Below, in pieces: positions 38,946 to 47,235 of a stretch of 64,000 nucleotides of DNA. Below the pieces are notes generated by a model that made no database searches, had not been told where the DNA came from, and saw nothing but the letters and a program-made list of their open reading frames with translations. The translations under genes were made by a program, and so were the position numbers. The stretch comes from Pseudomonadales bacterium (lineage in GTDB: Bacteria > Pseudomonadota > Gammaproteobacteria > Pseudomonadales > Azotimanducaceae). Numbering within the stretch: position 1 is the first letter of the stretch; the number at the start of each line of letters is the position of its first letter. The DNA is taken from contig OY764266.1 in the NCBI GenBank assembly GCA_963668365.1, positions 1,646,037-1,710,036 of the forward strand. The letters run 5' to 3'.

Positions 38946-39965
38946 TCATTTTCGCTCGGCAACTCGGTTCGTCGCGCCAAAGATAGAGACCACTCGATCC
39001 AAGTACTTTCGGATGTCCAGCGAAAGCGCTCTCAACGCCAGAACCGGGAACCTTGGATACTCGTCGGCATGGGCACCTGCGGTCAGCATTCGACAGGCGG
39101 ACCGAAGAGCAACCAGCAAGAACATGCAGGATTCGATACCTTTGTCCGCAACAGGGCTGGTCGGCCTGTTCAGGACGCCTACGAGTGGTAGATCGCCGAA
39201 GCCGCGCCCCTCAACCCCCAACGCTTTCGCCAGTGCGCGCGCTACGTTCGGCAAGTCCGCAGAGCTGCAGGAGTTCATATGCCCCCAAAGACGTGCGACG
39301 ATGCTGTCGTTTCTTCCCGGTCTGGTACTGGGCCGGTAACGGGATACGTTCCCTGATAGCTCCTTCAGCTTTTGTTCACTCGTTTCCAAACAATCTGCCA
39401 AACCGCCGTCGAATACCCTGTCGTTGAGGCTCTGTATGGTCCTCTTAGTCGACGACATCTGCGCGAGTCGCTCCACAAGCACGACGTCTAGCTCATACAA
39501 CAATCTCGAGAGATCGCCAAGTGCTGCCACTTCGTCGCTCAACGGCACGCCCGTCGACCAAGTCAAATCCTGAACCGTCGTTGCAACCAGCGCACCCCGC
39601 ACTCGCTCAACGGGCCACCAGTCGGGTAGTTGCACGGGCGACGACGCATCCGCGATGTTCAACTCGCGGCGTGCCAACAGGACCAAGTCAACGCCCACCG
39701 CTCCGTCACCTATCGCTTCGATCTCCGTCCGCGCAGCTTCGAGCATGTCCGCAACATCCGTCATGACCGAGTTCGCGTCGTTGAACACGCCCGGATCGCG
39801 CACGACCCAAGGAACAGTCGCGCGATCTCCGCCGACGGCCCGCACGGCGAGATCTTTCGCAAAGCGGTCACGGCTCTCGTCGAAGACCAGGATCCAGAAT
39901 ACGCGCAGATCCTCTCCGGAAGGACGTCGCCGAATCTCGTCGGTTACTTGCCCGGTGCCAAGCAC
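38946..39965 (-). CDS. hypothetical protein (339 aa), downstream partner of the P-loop NTPase
   Basis: GTG start 7 nt after an AGGAG that overlaps the NTPase stop codon (translational coupling). No recognisable domain. Confidence 0.5.
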   Translation of the reverse strand: MLGTGQVTDEIRRRPSGEDLRVFWILVFDESRDRFAKDLAVRAVGGDRATVPWVVRDPGVFNDANSVMTDVADMLEAARTEIEAIGDGAVGVDLVLLARRELNIADASSPVQLPDWWPVERVRGALVATTVQDLTWSTGVPLSDEVAALGDLSRLLYELDVVLVERLAQMSSTKRTIQSLNDRVFDGGLADCLETSEQKLKELSGNVSRYRPSTRPGRNDSIVARLWGHMNSCSSADLPNVARALAKALGVEGRGFGDLPLVGVLNRPTSPVADKGIESCMFLLVALRSACRMLTAGAHADEYPRFPVLALRALSLDIRKYLDRVVSIFGATNRVAERK

Positions 39966-39973
39966 AGACGCTC

Positions 39974-42187
39974 CTAATCGACTTGCGGGCGCGCGGATGC
40001 CGCCAATCTTCCGAGAACCCGGATTCTCGAACTGACCGACTCGCCATCGAAGGACAGGAAGTTGGCCATCGCCGCCTGCATGAGAATCTCAGTCCACGGC
40101 CTGATTTCTCGACCGTTCGGCTTCGGCACACGATCCACCAGTGCCCGAAATCCATCCTTGTCAACAGACCCCTCACCAAGGTAGTGCAGTATCCAGTACA
40201 CGGCATATACCCACGGATTCGTCTTGAATGCCCGAGTTGACATATTCCTCGTAATATAGTCGCGGAAGAAGGCGAACTCTGGTTGCAGGGCGACGCCCCC
40301 GTTGTCGAGCTTCGCCTCCCTGAACCGTACGAAGTCATGGTCGTCAACAGCGTCGGAAGCGCTCCAGCGCCGCTCGATGAGCCACTCGACGAACGCGACC
40401 AGTACGTTTACGGTCAACCAAGGATGTCCGGCCACTTCCTCGAACAACTCGTTTGCGAACCCCGACGAAAATTCCAGTCTTCCGCCGAATACTCTGCCGA
40501 TCAGCTCTGCGAATTCGCCCGACGTCGTGTTAACGCGGTGTTCGAACAGCGGAAACGCCTCCTGTTTCACGTACGGAGCCAGTTGATTCTGGTCCATCAA
40601 CACGAAGTGTGCGTCTGGTTGCTGGCCGAGGAAAACGACTAGATTGTGTATCGAAAAAGCAAGAAGCTGGTTCAAGAAAGGCTCGAGGAGATTGAGACGA
40701 ACCTTTTCGTTGTCCTCGTTGGCGCGAAAGTGGCGAAACAGCGACTCGTACTCGTCGAGTATCAGCACTATCCTGTCGCTCTCCTTCTTGCCGGCGTCAT
40801 CGACATCCGGGATGCATGACCTGACGAGGTCGAAGACGAAACCGTCGTCAATCGCTACGTCGTTCGTCTTGGCGTCCTTTAATGCGTTTCTAAAACCCCG
40901 CATGAACGCGTCGCTGGCATACCCCGTCTTCGCGCCGCAAGTTTCCTTGAGGACCAACGTCCGGTCCGATCCCGACTCGAGATCCACGCAGGCGGTGGTC
41001 TTTCCGCTGCGCCGTATGCTGCACCATAGCCGGACCCCACTGCCCTCTCGGTCAGACACACGAAGCAAATCGCGCACGCTCGTTCGAGTGACGTGAAAGT
41101 GCCGGACCTCGTCCGGTTTCTGTAATGGAAATTCCCGAGCAAAGTTGTACGTTAACGGTCCGCCACCTCGCCATGCGCTTACGTATTGCAGGAACACGTC
41201 GTCCAAGATCCGGAAACACCGATTGGTCTTTTCGTCAGGCTTGTCGCCGGCGAATACAAGCGCATCGACCATTCCGGGCTTTTTCTTCATAGACGACGTC
41301 GCGTCCGGTCTCATCGGCGCGACGATCAGCCTCACCCGATTCCGCCAACAGTCCTCTATATCCGCCGTCGATGCATCTTCGAGAAACGATGCCACGCGAG
41401 GCGTCGTGTTGTTGGCGGGCCCCGGCGGCCTAAGGTAGATGTCCAACCGGCGCTTCGGCGACTCGGCGAACTGGCACTCGACAGGCATCGGCGCAATCGC
41501 TGGTCGTTGCCCTTCTCCGAGCCAGTCGATGGCATGCAATACGGGTGCTACCGAAGCGTCGATGGCGTCCGCCAATAAGCCGGTACCCATTCGTTTGCGT
41601 ACGCTCGCCGCGTCACGATGCGTCATGAATCCCAGGTAGCTCAGCCATGCCTGGGGGGCATCGTCTAGGCATCTGCCGCCGGATGCCGATCCGAAGGTTG
41701 CCGAAGCGAACCCGTTGACTATCCCGGCGAACGCGCCAGAACACACTGATCGAAGTACGGTTGCGTCGTGCGCGTCTGCGCTCGATATCCGCTCCGAATA
41801 GAATTCAAGGGGCAGTCTCAGGAACGAACGCAATCCATTGAGCGCCTTGTGCAGGGCTTCCTCATGTTCAACGTGGTTGTCTCGGGCGAACGAATAGCCC
41901 TGCGAGAAGATCTGGTTGGCATGCTCGGACAACGCACGTCCCCATGCTTCGGACGCGGTATGGGGTGAGGCTTCGTTCTTGGCGTCCTTGATTGCGGCGG
42001 CGAGGTCTCTGTCCAGGCAATCCTTGTAGGACGTCGTCCATTGGAAAAGGTGTTTGCGCTGCAGGTTGTCCAGCGAGCTGCGAAAGGCCGCGAGGTTCGG
42101 CGAGTGGTAGTCGATCAGGTACTCGGCTTGGCGTTCGACGATCTCTGGGGGGGGGGCGACCTCTGTTGGCGGCGAGCTTGCCGTCAA
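39974..42187 (-). CDS. large P-loop NTPase (AAA_14/STAND-like ATPase core flanked by unknown N- and C-terminal domains)
   Basis: Walker A GVRLWCSIRRSGKTTA (about aa 385-398) and Walker B RIVLILDEYE (about 472-480) with about 80-aa spacing. The first 380 aa and last 250 aa are unassigned. Annotated start is TTG, only 30 nt upstream of a G10 tract. Confidence 0.55.
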   Translation of the reverse strand: MTASSPPTEVAPPPEIVERQAEYLIDYHSPNLAAFRSSLDNLQRKHLFQWTTSYKDCLDRDLAAAIKDAKNEASPHTASEAWGRALSEHANQIFSQGYSFARDNHVEHEEALHKALNGLRSFLRLPLEFYSERISSADAHDATVLRSVCSGAFAGIVNGFASATFGSASGGRCLDDAPQAWLSYLGFMTHRDAASVRKRMGTGLLADAIDASVAPVLHAIDWLGEGQRPAIAPMPVECQFAESPKRRLDIYLRPPGPANNTTPRVASFLEDASTADIEDCWRNRVRLIVAPMRPDATSSMKKKPGMVDALVFAGDKPDEKTNRCFRILDDVFLQYVSAWRGGGPLTYNFAREFPLQKPDEVRHFHVTRTSVRDLLRVSDREGSGVRLWCSIRRSGKTTACVDLESGSDRTLVLKETCGAKTGYASDAFMRGFRNALKDAKTNDVAIDDGFVFDLVRSCIPDVDDAGKKESDRIVLILDEYESLFRHFRANEDNEKVRLNLLEPFLNQLLAFSIHNLVVFLGQQPDAHFVLMDQNQLAPYVKQEAFPLFEHRVNTTSGEFAELIGRVFGGRLEFSSGFANELFEEVAGHPWLTVNVLVAFVEWLIERRWSASDAVDDHDFVRFREAKLDNGGVALQPEFAFFRDYITRNMSTRAFKTNPWVYAVYWILHYLGEGSVDKDGFRALVDRVPKPNGREIRPWTEILMQAAMANFLSFDGESVSSRIRVLGRLAASARPQVD
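42147..42156. repeat. G10 (C10 on the coding strand) homopolymeric tract inside the 5' coding region of the NTPase locus
   Basis: atctctgggg ggggggcgac. Encodes the PPP of VAPPPEIV in the NTPase frame and of GRPPP in the upstream frame. Confidence 0.85.
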
Positions 42188-42422
42188 GCAGTTCCTTCAG
42201 TTCCCGATAGCGGCGCATTGCGCGCCCGCCCGATTTCGCGGGCGGCCTGGGTTCGAACTCGCGGATCAGTTCGCAGAAATCTTGCTGCCAAGTCGTGAGT
42301 TCGACGCGACCCAAGTTTCCGATCAGCATCCTTACCATATCCGCCGGATGTTCCTTATGGCCCTTGGCCATCGCATCGCGGATCTCCCTGAGGTGGTCTT
42401 CTATGGCCGTCGCCGTTGGCAT
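42157..42422 (-). other. upstream ATG-initiated reading frame (-1 frame relative to the NTPase) that runs into the G10 tract
   Basis: ATG 42422 preceded by GGAG. Encodes MPTATAIEDHLREIRDAMAKGHKEHPADMVRMLIGNLGRVELTTWQQDFCELIREFEPRPPAKSGGRAMRRYRELKELLDGKLAANRGRPPP. A 1-nt contraction of the tract would fuse it in-frame to the NTPase ORF. Confidence 0.4.
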
Positions 42423-42966
42423 CTCCAGACTCCGTCCGCCCGTATCCAGTCGGGAACGGGCATTCCGTTCCATCAGCAAGGCTTGACGCTGCATGCAGTG
42501 GGACAATGATAAGGCATTGGAGTCGGCGAGTTCTCGCGGCCATCCGGCGAGGTGTCGGGTCCGTGGGCGACGTTCCAATCGAGGCCGACGAGCCAGTCGC
42601 GTGCCGCTTCCTCTACGGAGTTTCGCTGAAACTCATCGCGGAGCTTTGCTGACGCAATTCCCCGTGCGAGGGGAATGTGGGGGTACCCGTCGCTCAAAGC
42701 GGCTGGTGCCCGGATCCGTCACCAACTTGGCGATTGGGTTGAAGGAGGCGGCCAATCTGCGACGAGGCGTAGTGGCCGCGGCTATCCGTCTGTGGCGTCG
42801 GCTGCGATTCTAGCAACGCGCCGAGTGATCGTCTCTTTGGCGCTGGCCCATGCGGCTGACCACAGGCATAGGTTGCGCCCGTACTGCGGGCCACAGCTTG
42901 GTCGGAGGTGACCGCCACCCTGACCTTGCGAGTCCTCTCGCACGCTGACCAAGAACCCCGTCTCTC

Positions 42967-44070
42967 TCACGCCCCCCGCAGACACGACTCCACCAGGGGT
43001 CCGGTCACATTGAGGCTGTCGTTTATCAGGGTGATGATGCCGTGGCCGCTGCAGACCTCGTCCGGGGCGGGGTTTGTATGTACGCCGCGCTGGTCGAAAT
43101 ATCCCATCGGGATGCCGGCGTTGCCGCGGGCGAAACTCACCACCACGTCGCGCCAGAGAAGCCCCTCGAATTGCGCGTCGAAACGGGCGAGCCGTCCGGC
43201 TTCGTGGGTGAACATCGTTTCCAGCACCTGCTCGACGCCGGGCGCGGTCAAGGCGCGCACGACGAATTCCGGGTAGGCGCGGATCGGCCGGATCACGGTG
43301 GTGGCGCCGGCTTCGAGGATGCGTTGGCGGTTTGCGTCATCCACCACCTCGGCCACGATGGTGGCCCGCGTTCCCAGCTCGCGGATGCGGCCGAGGATGT
43401 CGTACGTGTGCGCGTCCGAGCGGGCATCGTAGATTTCGTCGGCGACGATGATGATGCAGCGCGCGTGGCTGACATTGGCCGCGGCCAGGTTCTCGGAGTT
43501 CTCGGCCATGGCGCAATACAGGGTGACGCCGGCATCGACGAGTTCGTTGCCCAGGCCGTCCTCGAAGTCGGGCGTCAGCAACTGTATCGGAATGTCGCTG
43601 AGGCGCGGCGCGCGCCGGACGTGGTCCACCAGCCGCGGCAGGTAGTTCTCGGCGTCCCGGGACGGGACGTTGATTACCAGCAGATGATCTTTCATGTTGC
43701 TCCACCTGATTTCTCCGCGCCGCCGGCGATCCCGTTGCAGCGCGCGATAGTCGAATATGTACGTGGCGATCTGCGCCAGCAGGAAGGTTCCGAAGACATA
43801 GATGCACACCACCGTGGCCAATCGACCGGCGGCTGTGACAGCGGAAGCGTCGCCGTAGCCGACGGTCGTCGCGGTGGTCATCGTGAGCCACGCGGCATCG
43901 CCGGGGGTCATGTCCTCGAACACGATCATCGCCACCACGTGCAGGCAGAACAGTCCCGCGAACAGGGCGGCCGTCAGATAGAGGCGCCGCTTGATCGCGC
44001 CGGCGACGTACCGCGTGTAGCGCAGGTATCGCCGTCGGCGCAGGAGTCGCCAGAGCATAGGGGCAGGCAA
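42967..44070 (-). CDS. potassium channel protein with RCK/TrkA-N domain
   Basis: Selectivity filter TTVGYGD within a 2-TM pore module, followed by a Rossmann-like RCK domain. Confidence 0.8.
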   Translation of the reverse strand: MPAPMLWRLLRRRRYLRYTRYVAGAIKRRLYLTAALFAGLFCLHVVAMIVFEDMTPGDAAWLTMTTATTVGYGDASAVTAAGRLATVVCIYVFGTFLLAQIATYIFDYRALQRDRRRRGEIRWSNMKDHLLVINVPSRDAENYLPRLVDHVRRAPRLSDIPIQLLTPDFEDGLGNELVDAGVTLYCAMAENSENLAAANVSHARCIIIVADEIYDARSDAHTYDILGRIRELGTRATIVAEVVDDANRQRILEAGATTVIRPIRAYPEFVVRALTAPGVEQVLETMFTHEAGRLARFDAQFEGLLWRDVVVSFARGNAGIPMGYFDQRGVHTNPAPDEVCSGHGIITLINDSLNVTGPLVESCLRGA

Positions 44071-44161
44071 GGGGGTTATCGCGACAGTCGCATCGCCGAA
44101 GAGACTATCAGGGCGATGCCGAGTGCTTCAATGCGACGGGATGATGGGACGGGATGATGGC

Positions 44162-44503
44162 TTACGCGTCGTCCAGTTGTGACTCGATCTCTTCCAGCAC
44201 GCAACGTTTCAGGACTTGCGGGTCGGCGTCCGGCTTGGCGTAACGCTCTGCGAGGACGCGGAGGTCGGAATCGCTGAAGGACAGGCTGATGCGCGGGCGC
44301 TGTATCTTGGAGAAGGGCAGCCCCACGAGTTTTCTCACGTAGTCGGAATAGCTCAGGTCCGCTGCCGCGGCGGCGAGGCGGACCTTGCGCAGCAGCGACT
44401 GGCGGAACTCGAAGTGAACCTGGATCTTCCGCAGCGCCTGCCGTTCAGCCTGAAACCGTCCCGGCTTCGGTTCGCGGGCGGCGCGACGCGAAGATGCTCT
44501 CAT
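44162..44503 (-). CDS. small ribbon-helix-helix (MobC/CopG-like) DNA-binding protein
   Basis: RKIQVHFEFRQSLLRKVRLAAAAADLSYSDYVRKLVG fits the RHH pattern of MobC-type proteins. Start moved to ATG 44503, which overlaps the DUF4178 stop. Confidence 0.4.
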   Translation of the reverse strand: MRASSRRAAREPKPGRFQAERQALRKIQVHFEFRQSLLRKVRLAAAAADLSYSDYVRKLVGLPFSKIQRPRISLSFSDSDLRVLAERYAKPDADPQVLKRCVLEEIESQLDDA

Positions 44504-45147
44504 CCCTGGCCCGGCCACATCGACTCGATGACGTCCGGCGGGCAGTTCACTTCGGCGAAAACTTCCGTCTCGCCGTCGGCCGAGACCTCTACGCTGAGGC
44601 CATAGCGACCGGAGTCGTCCTCGCATTCGTGGCAACGCAGTTCCTCGGCGTCGTCGTCCTGCAGCCGCGATGGCGTTTCGCCGCGACAATCGCGGTCATA
44701 GTAGTAACCCTCGGCCCACTTCTTCGTCTGCGCGTAGCGGTCCGCTATCCATCCCTCGTACTTTGGTGGGGGATCGGTCACCTCAAGTTCGGCGAAGTCT
44801 TCGTCCCACAGCGCGGCGAACGCATCCTCGTCGAAGAGCCGCAACACATCGGCTCGGGGCACCGTTCGGGAAAGGGACATTTCGCTTGCGTCGCCGGCGT
44901 CGAACCCGAGATAGATTCGGTCTCCGCCGGTTCCGTCCAGGGTCAGTTCGGCGTAGAGGCCGTCTTCGAAGTGGTACGCGCCCACCGCGCTGACCTCGAA
45001 CGTCTGTCCCTGGACCTCGGGCGGCAGGAGCAGGCGGTGCTTGAACGTCAGGAGGTCGCCGGCCGCGAGATCGCCCGGACCGGACAGTTGGCGCGGCGAG
45101 TCGTCGTCGCGCTTGCCGAAACGGCTCCTGAGTATCTTCCGCAGCAC
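44500..45147 (-). CDS. DUF4178 domain protein
   Basis: 215 aa, 6 nt downstream of pspA. The DUF4178/PspA gene pairing is common. Confidence 0.55.
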   Translation of the reverse strand: MLRKILRSRFGKRDDDSPRQLSGPGDLAAGDLLTFKHRLLLPPEVQGQTFEVSAVGAYHFEDGLYAELTLDGTGGDRIYLGFDAGDASEMSLSRTVPRADVLRLFDEDAFAALWDEDFAELEVTDPPPKYEGWIADRYAQTKKWAEGYYYDRDCRGETPSRLQDDDAEELRCHECEDDSGRYGLSVEVSADGETEVFAEVNCPPDVIESMWPGQG

Positions 45148-45153
45148 GACTGG

Positions 45154-45849
45154 TCAGCCCGATTGCCTGGCCTTGAGCCGCGCGAGAACGTCCGATCCCG
45201 CCGATGCGCCCGAAGCGCCGATTCCCTTGGCCTTCAGTTTCGCGTCGATGTCGTCGACACCTTCCTGCGACTCCATCCATTCCCCGGCTTCCATGCGGTC
45301 CTGCCAGTTCTGCTGCTTGGCCTTGACGCGGTCGAGCGCCTGGGACACCCGGTGTCCCTTCGATCCCGTCGCCGCGAAGTTGCGCGAGACGCTTTCCGTG
45401 GCGCGCTGCAGCTCCTGTACCGTTCGCACCTTGTCCAGTTCACGCTTGTTCTTCTGGATGGTTCGCTCCCGGGCCTTGATCATGGCGTGGATCTTGTTGA
45501 CCTCCCCGTTCAGTGCCGCCTGTTCGCCGGCCTTGTCGTCGCGCTCGCCTTCCAGTTCGGCAATGCGCTCGGCGACCTCCGTCGCGAGCGCCTCCTCGCC
45601 GGCGTTAAGTGCCGCGATAGCCTTCTGCTCGTAGTCGGCGATGTCCGCGCCCAAGGTGGACAGGTCCCGCTTGAGGCCAATCTCGGAACTCTTCATGCGC
45701 GTCAGGCTCTGCTTCGCGCTGGCTATCGCCGATTCGGCGTCGCGAATCTCCTGTTCGAGAATGCGGATGGCGTTGGCGTCTACGATGGCCTCGCCGACTT
45801 CGTTTGCGCCGCCTCTCACGGCCTGCATCAGGTCTTTCAGTACACCCAT
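45154..45849 (-). CDS. pspA: PspA/IM30 family protein (YjfJ-like)
   Basis: MGVLKDLMQAVRGGANEVGEAIVDANAIRILEQEIRDAE... followed by a long coiled coil. Start at ATG 45849. Confidence 0.75.
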   Translation of the reverse strand: MGVLKDLMQAVRGGANEVGEAIVDANAIRILEQEIRDAESAIASAKQSLTRMKSSEIGLKRDLSTLGADIADYEQKAIAALNAGEEALATEVAERIAELEGERDDKAGEQAALNGEVNKIHAMIKARERTIQKNKRELDKVRTVQELQRATESVSRNFAATGSKGHRVSQALDRVKAKQQNWQDRMEAGEWMESQEGVDDIDAKLKAKGIGASGASAGSDVLARLKARQSG

Positions 45850-45910
45850 GTTGTTTGCCTCTCTCGTGTTGCTTTGCTTCGGTTTGTCGCGTAAATCCCC
45901 TGAATTCGGT

Positions 45911-46312
45911 TCAGGCCAGCAGGTGTTCCACGGCTTCGAGCACGTCGATGGTGTTTTCCGCCTGGACCTCAAGTTCGTGGGCGATCACCTCGAACCGTGT
46001 CGACAGCGCCATGGCGCCGAAGAGAATGTAGGTCTCTCCCTGCAAGCCGATGGATGACAGTGGCACGGCGGGGCTCAGGCGCAGGAAGATCGCATTGAGT
46101 TCCTCGATATTGTCGGGCTCGACTTCGGAAATGTTGAAAAGGGGTGTCACCGCGAGGATCTGCGTCTCCGTCTGGGTGACGTGGATGGGGAATTCGTCGT
46201 TGTTCGAGCAGGTGACCTCCAGGATATCTTGCTCCGTCACGAGCGCATCGAAGGTGGTGCCTTCCTCGCCGTCGAAATCATTCAGCCGGAAGGCCAGCTC
46301 GTCCAAGGTCAT
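45911..46312 (-). CDS. DUF2170 (YjfI-like) family protein
   Basis: MTLDELAFRLNDFDGEEGTTFDALVTEQD...TETQILAVTPLFNISEVEP. In E. coli yjfI sits next to the pspA-paralog yjfJ. Confidence 0.55.
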   Translation of the reverse strand: MTLDELAFRLNDFDGEEGTTFDALVTEQDILEVTCSNNDEFPIHVTQTETQILAVTPLFNISEVEPDNIEELNAIFLRLSPAVPLSSIGLQGETYILFGAMALSTRFEVIAHELEVQAENTIDVLEAVEHLLA

Positions 46313-46446
46313 CGCGTATCTCCCAGTTTCCTTTGTGGTCGTTCCCGCCGACAGCGGTAACCCTCGAAAGCACACTATGACATATTATGTCATCGGTCAA
46401 GCGTTAGTTGGACGGGCGTTCGCTGAAGCACTCGAAGGGTCTTCGA

Positions 46447-46770
46447 TCAACGGGCCAGGCGTTCGAGGAGGAGGCTGGACAGGTCGCGCCGCGCGTCGAG
46501 GACCGCGGTGACGTAGACGTTGCGCGCGTCGTACCGATACACGATCCGCCAGGGGCCCTCGACCAGTTCCCGGTAGGTCTGCACACCGGCCGCTCTCAAC
46601 TCCGGAACGATGCGCCCTCGCTGGGGCATGGGCCCGAGACTCAGGCAACGGCGCTCCATCCGTTCCAATACTGCGAGCGCATTGGACGGCGTGTTCTCGG
46701 CGATGAACTGGACAATCTGCTGAAGGTCGAGTCTTGCGGCGTCCGTCCACCGGACCTGACGGTCAGCCAT
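46447..46770 (-). CDS. type II toxin RelE/ParE family
   Basis: 107 aa. ...RIVYRYDARNVYVTAVLDARRD C-terminus. 8-nt overlap with the upstream Phd gene. Confidence 0.7.
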   Translation of the reverse strand: MADRQVRWTDAARLDLQQIVQFIAENTPSNALAVLERMERRCLSLGPMPQRGRIVPELRAAGVQTYRELVEGPWRIVYRYDARNVYVTAVLDARRDLSSLLLERLAR

Positions 46771-47038
46771 CGCTGGCCGTCAACTGTCCCTTGATGTCTC
46801 GGAACACCTCGTCCTGAGGCGTGGTGCGGCCTGCCGAGATGTCTATCTCGCCCTGGACCATGAGCTTCAGCATCAACAGGGCGTCCTGCAGGCGCTGGTG
46901 CGATTCGTAGTCCTGTACGACCGCGCTGGCTGCGCCGCGTTGCGTCAGCACGACCACCTGTTCGGAGGACTTCATCTCCGCAAGCATCTGCGCCGCCCTG
47001 GCCTTGAATTCGCTCAGGCTTACGATGGACGTTGGCAC
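46763..47038 (-). CDS. type II antitoxin Phd/YefM family
   Basis: MPTSIVSLSEFKARAAQMLAEMKSSEQVVVLTQRGAASAVVQDYESHQRL is a Phd/YefM signature. Confidence 0.75.
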   Translation of the reverse strand: MPTSIVSLSEFKARAAQMLAEMKSSEQVVVLTQRGAASAVVQDYESHQRLQDALLMLKLMVQGEIDISAGRTTPQDEVFRDIKGQLTASDG

Positions 47039-47235
47039 TAGACGACCCTTTTTTGGTCTGAATTCGGTTCGATTGTACGGAATTGCCGAGAGTCCGCAAA
47101 TCTATCGGTGCGCGAAATTTGCGTACTCGGCCTTGACTTTGGGGACCATAAGATCATTATCGCGCGCTTCGTTCCGCCAGCCCCCTTGCGGAGGGTCTTT
47201 CGGCGGCTCGGCATGTTGGCACTGGAGAGGCTCCC

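Noticed and set aside
41868-42146. Part of ORF 41868-42578 lying downstream of the G10 tract
   Set aside because: Overlaps the NTPase ORF in another frame. Only the segment upstream of the tract (42157-42422) looks protein-like.
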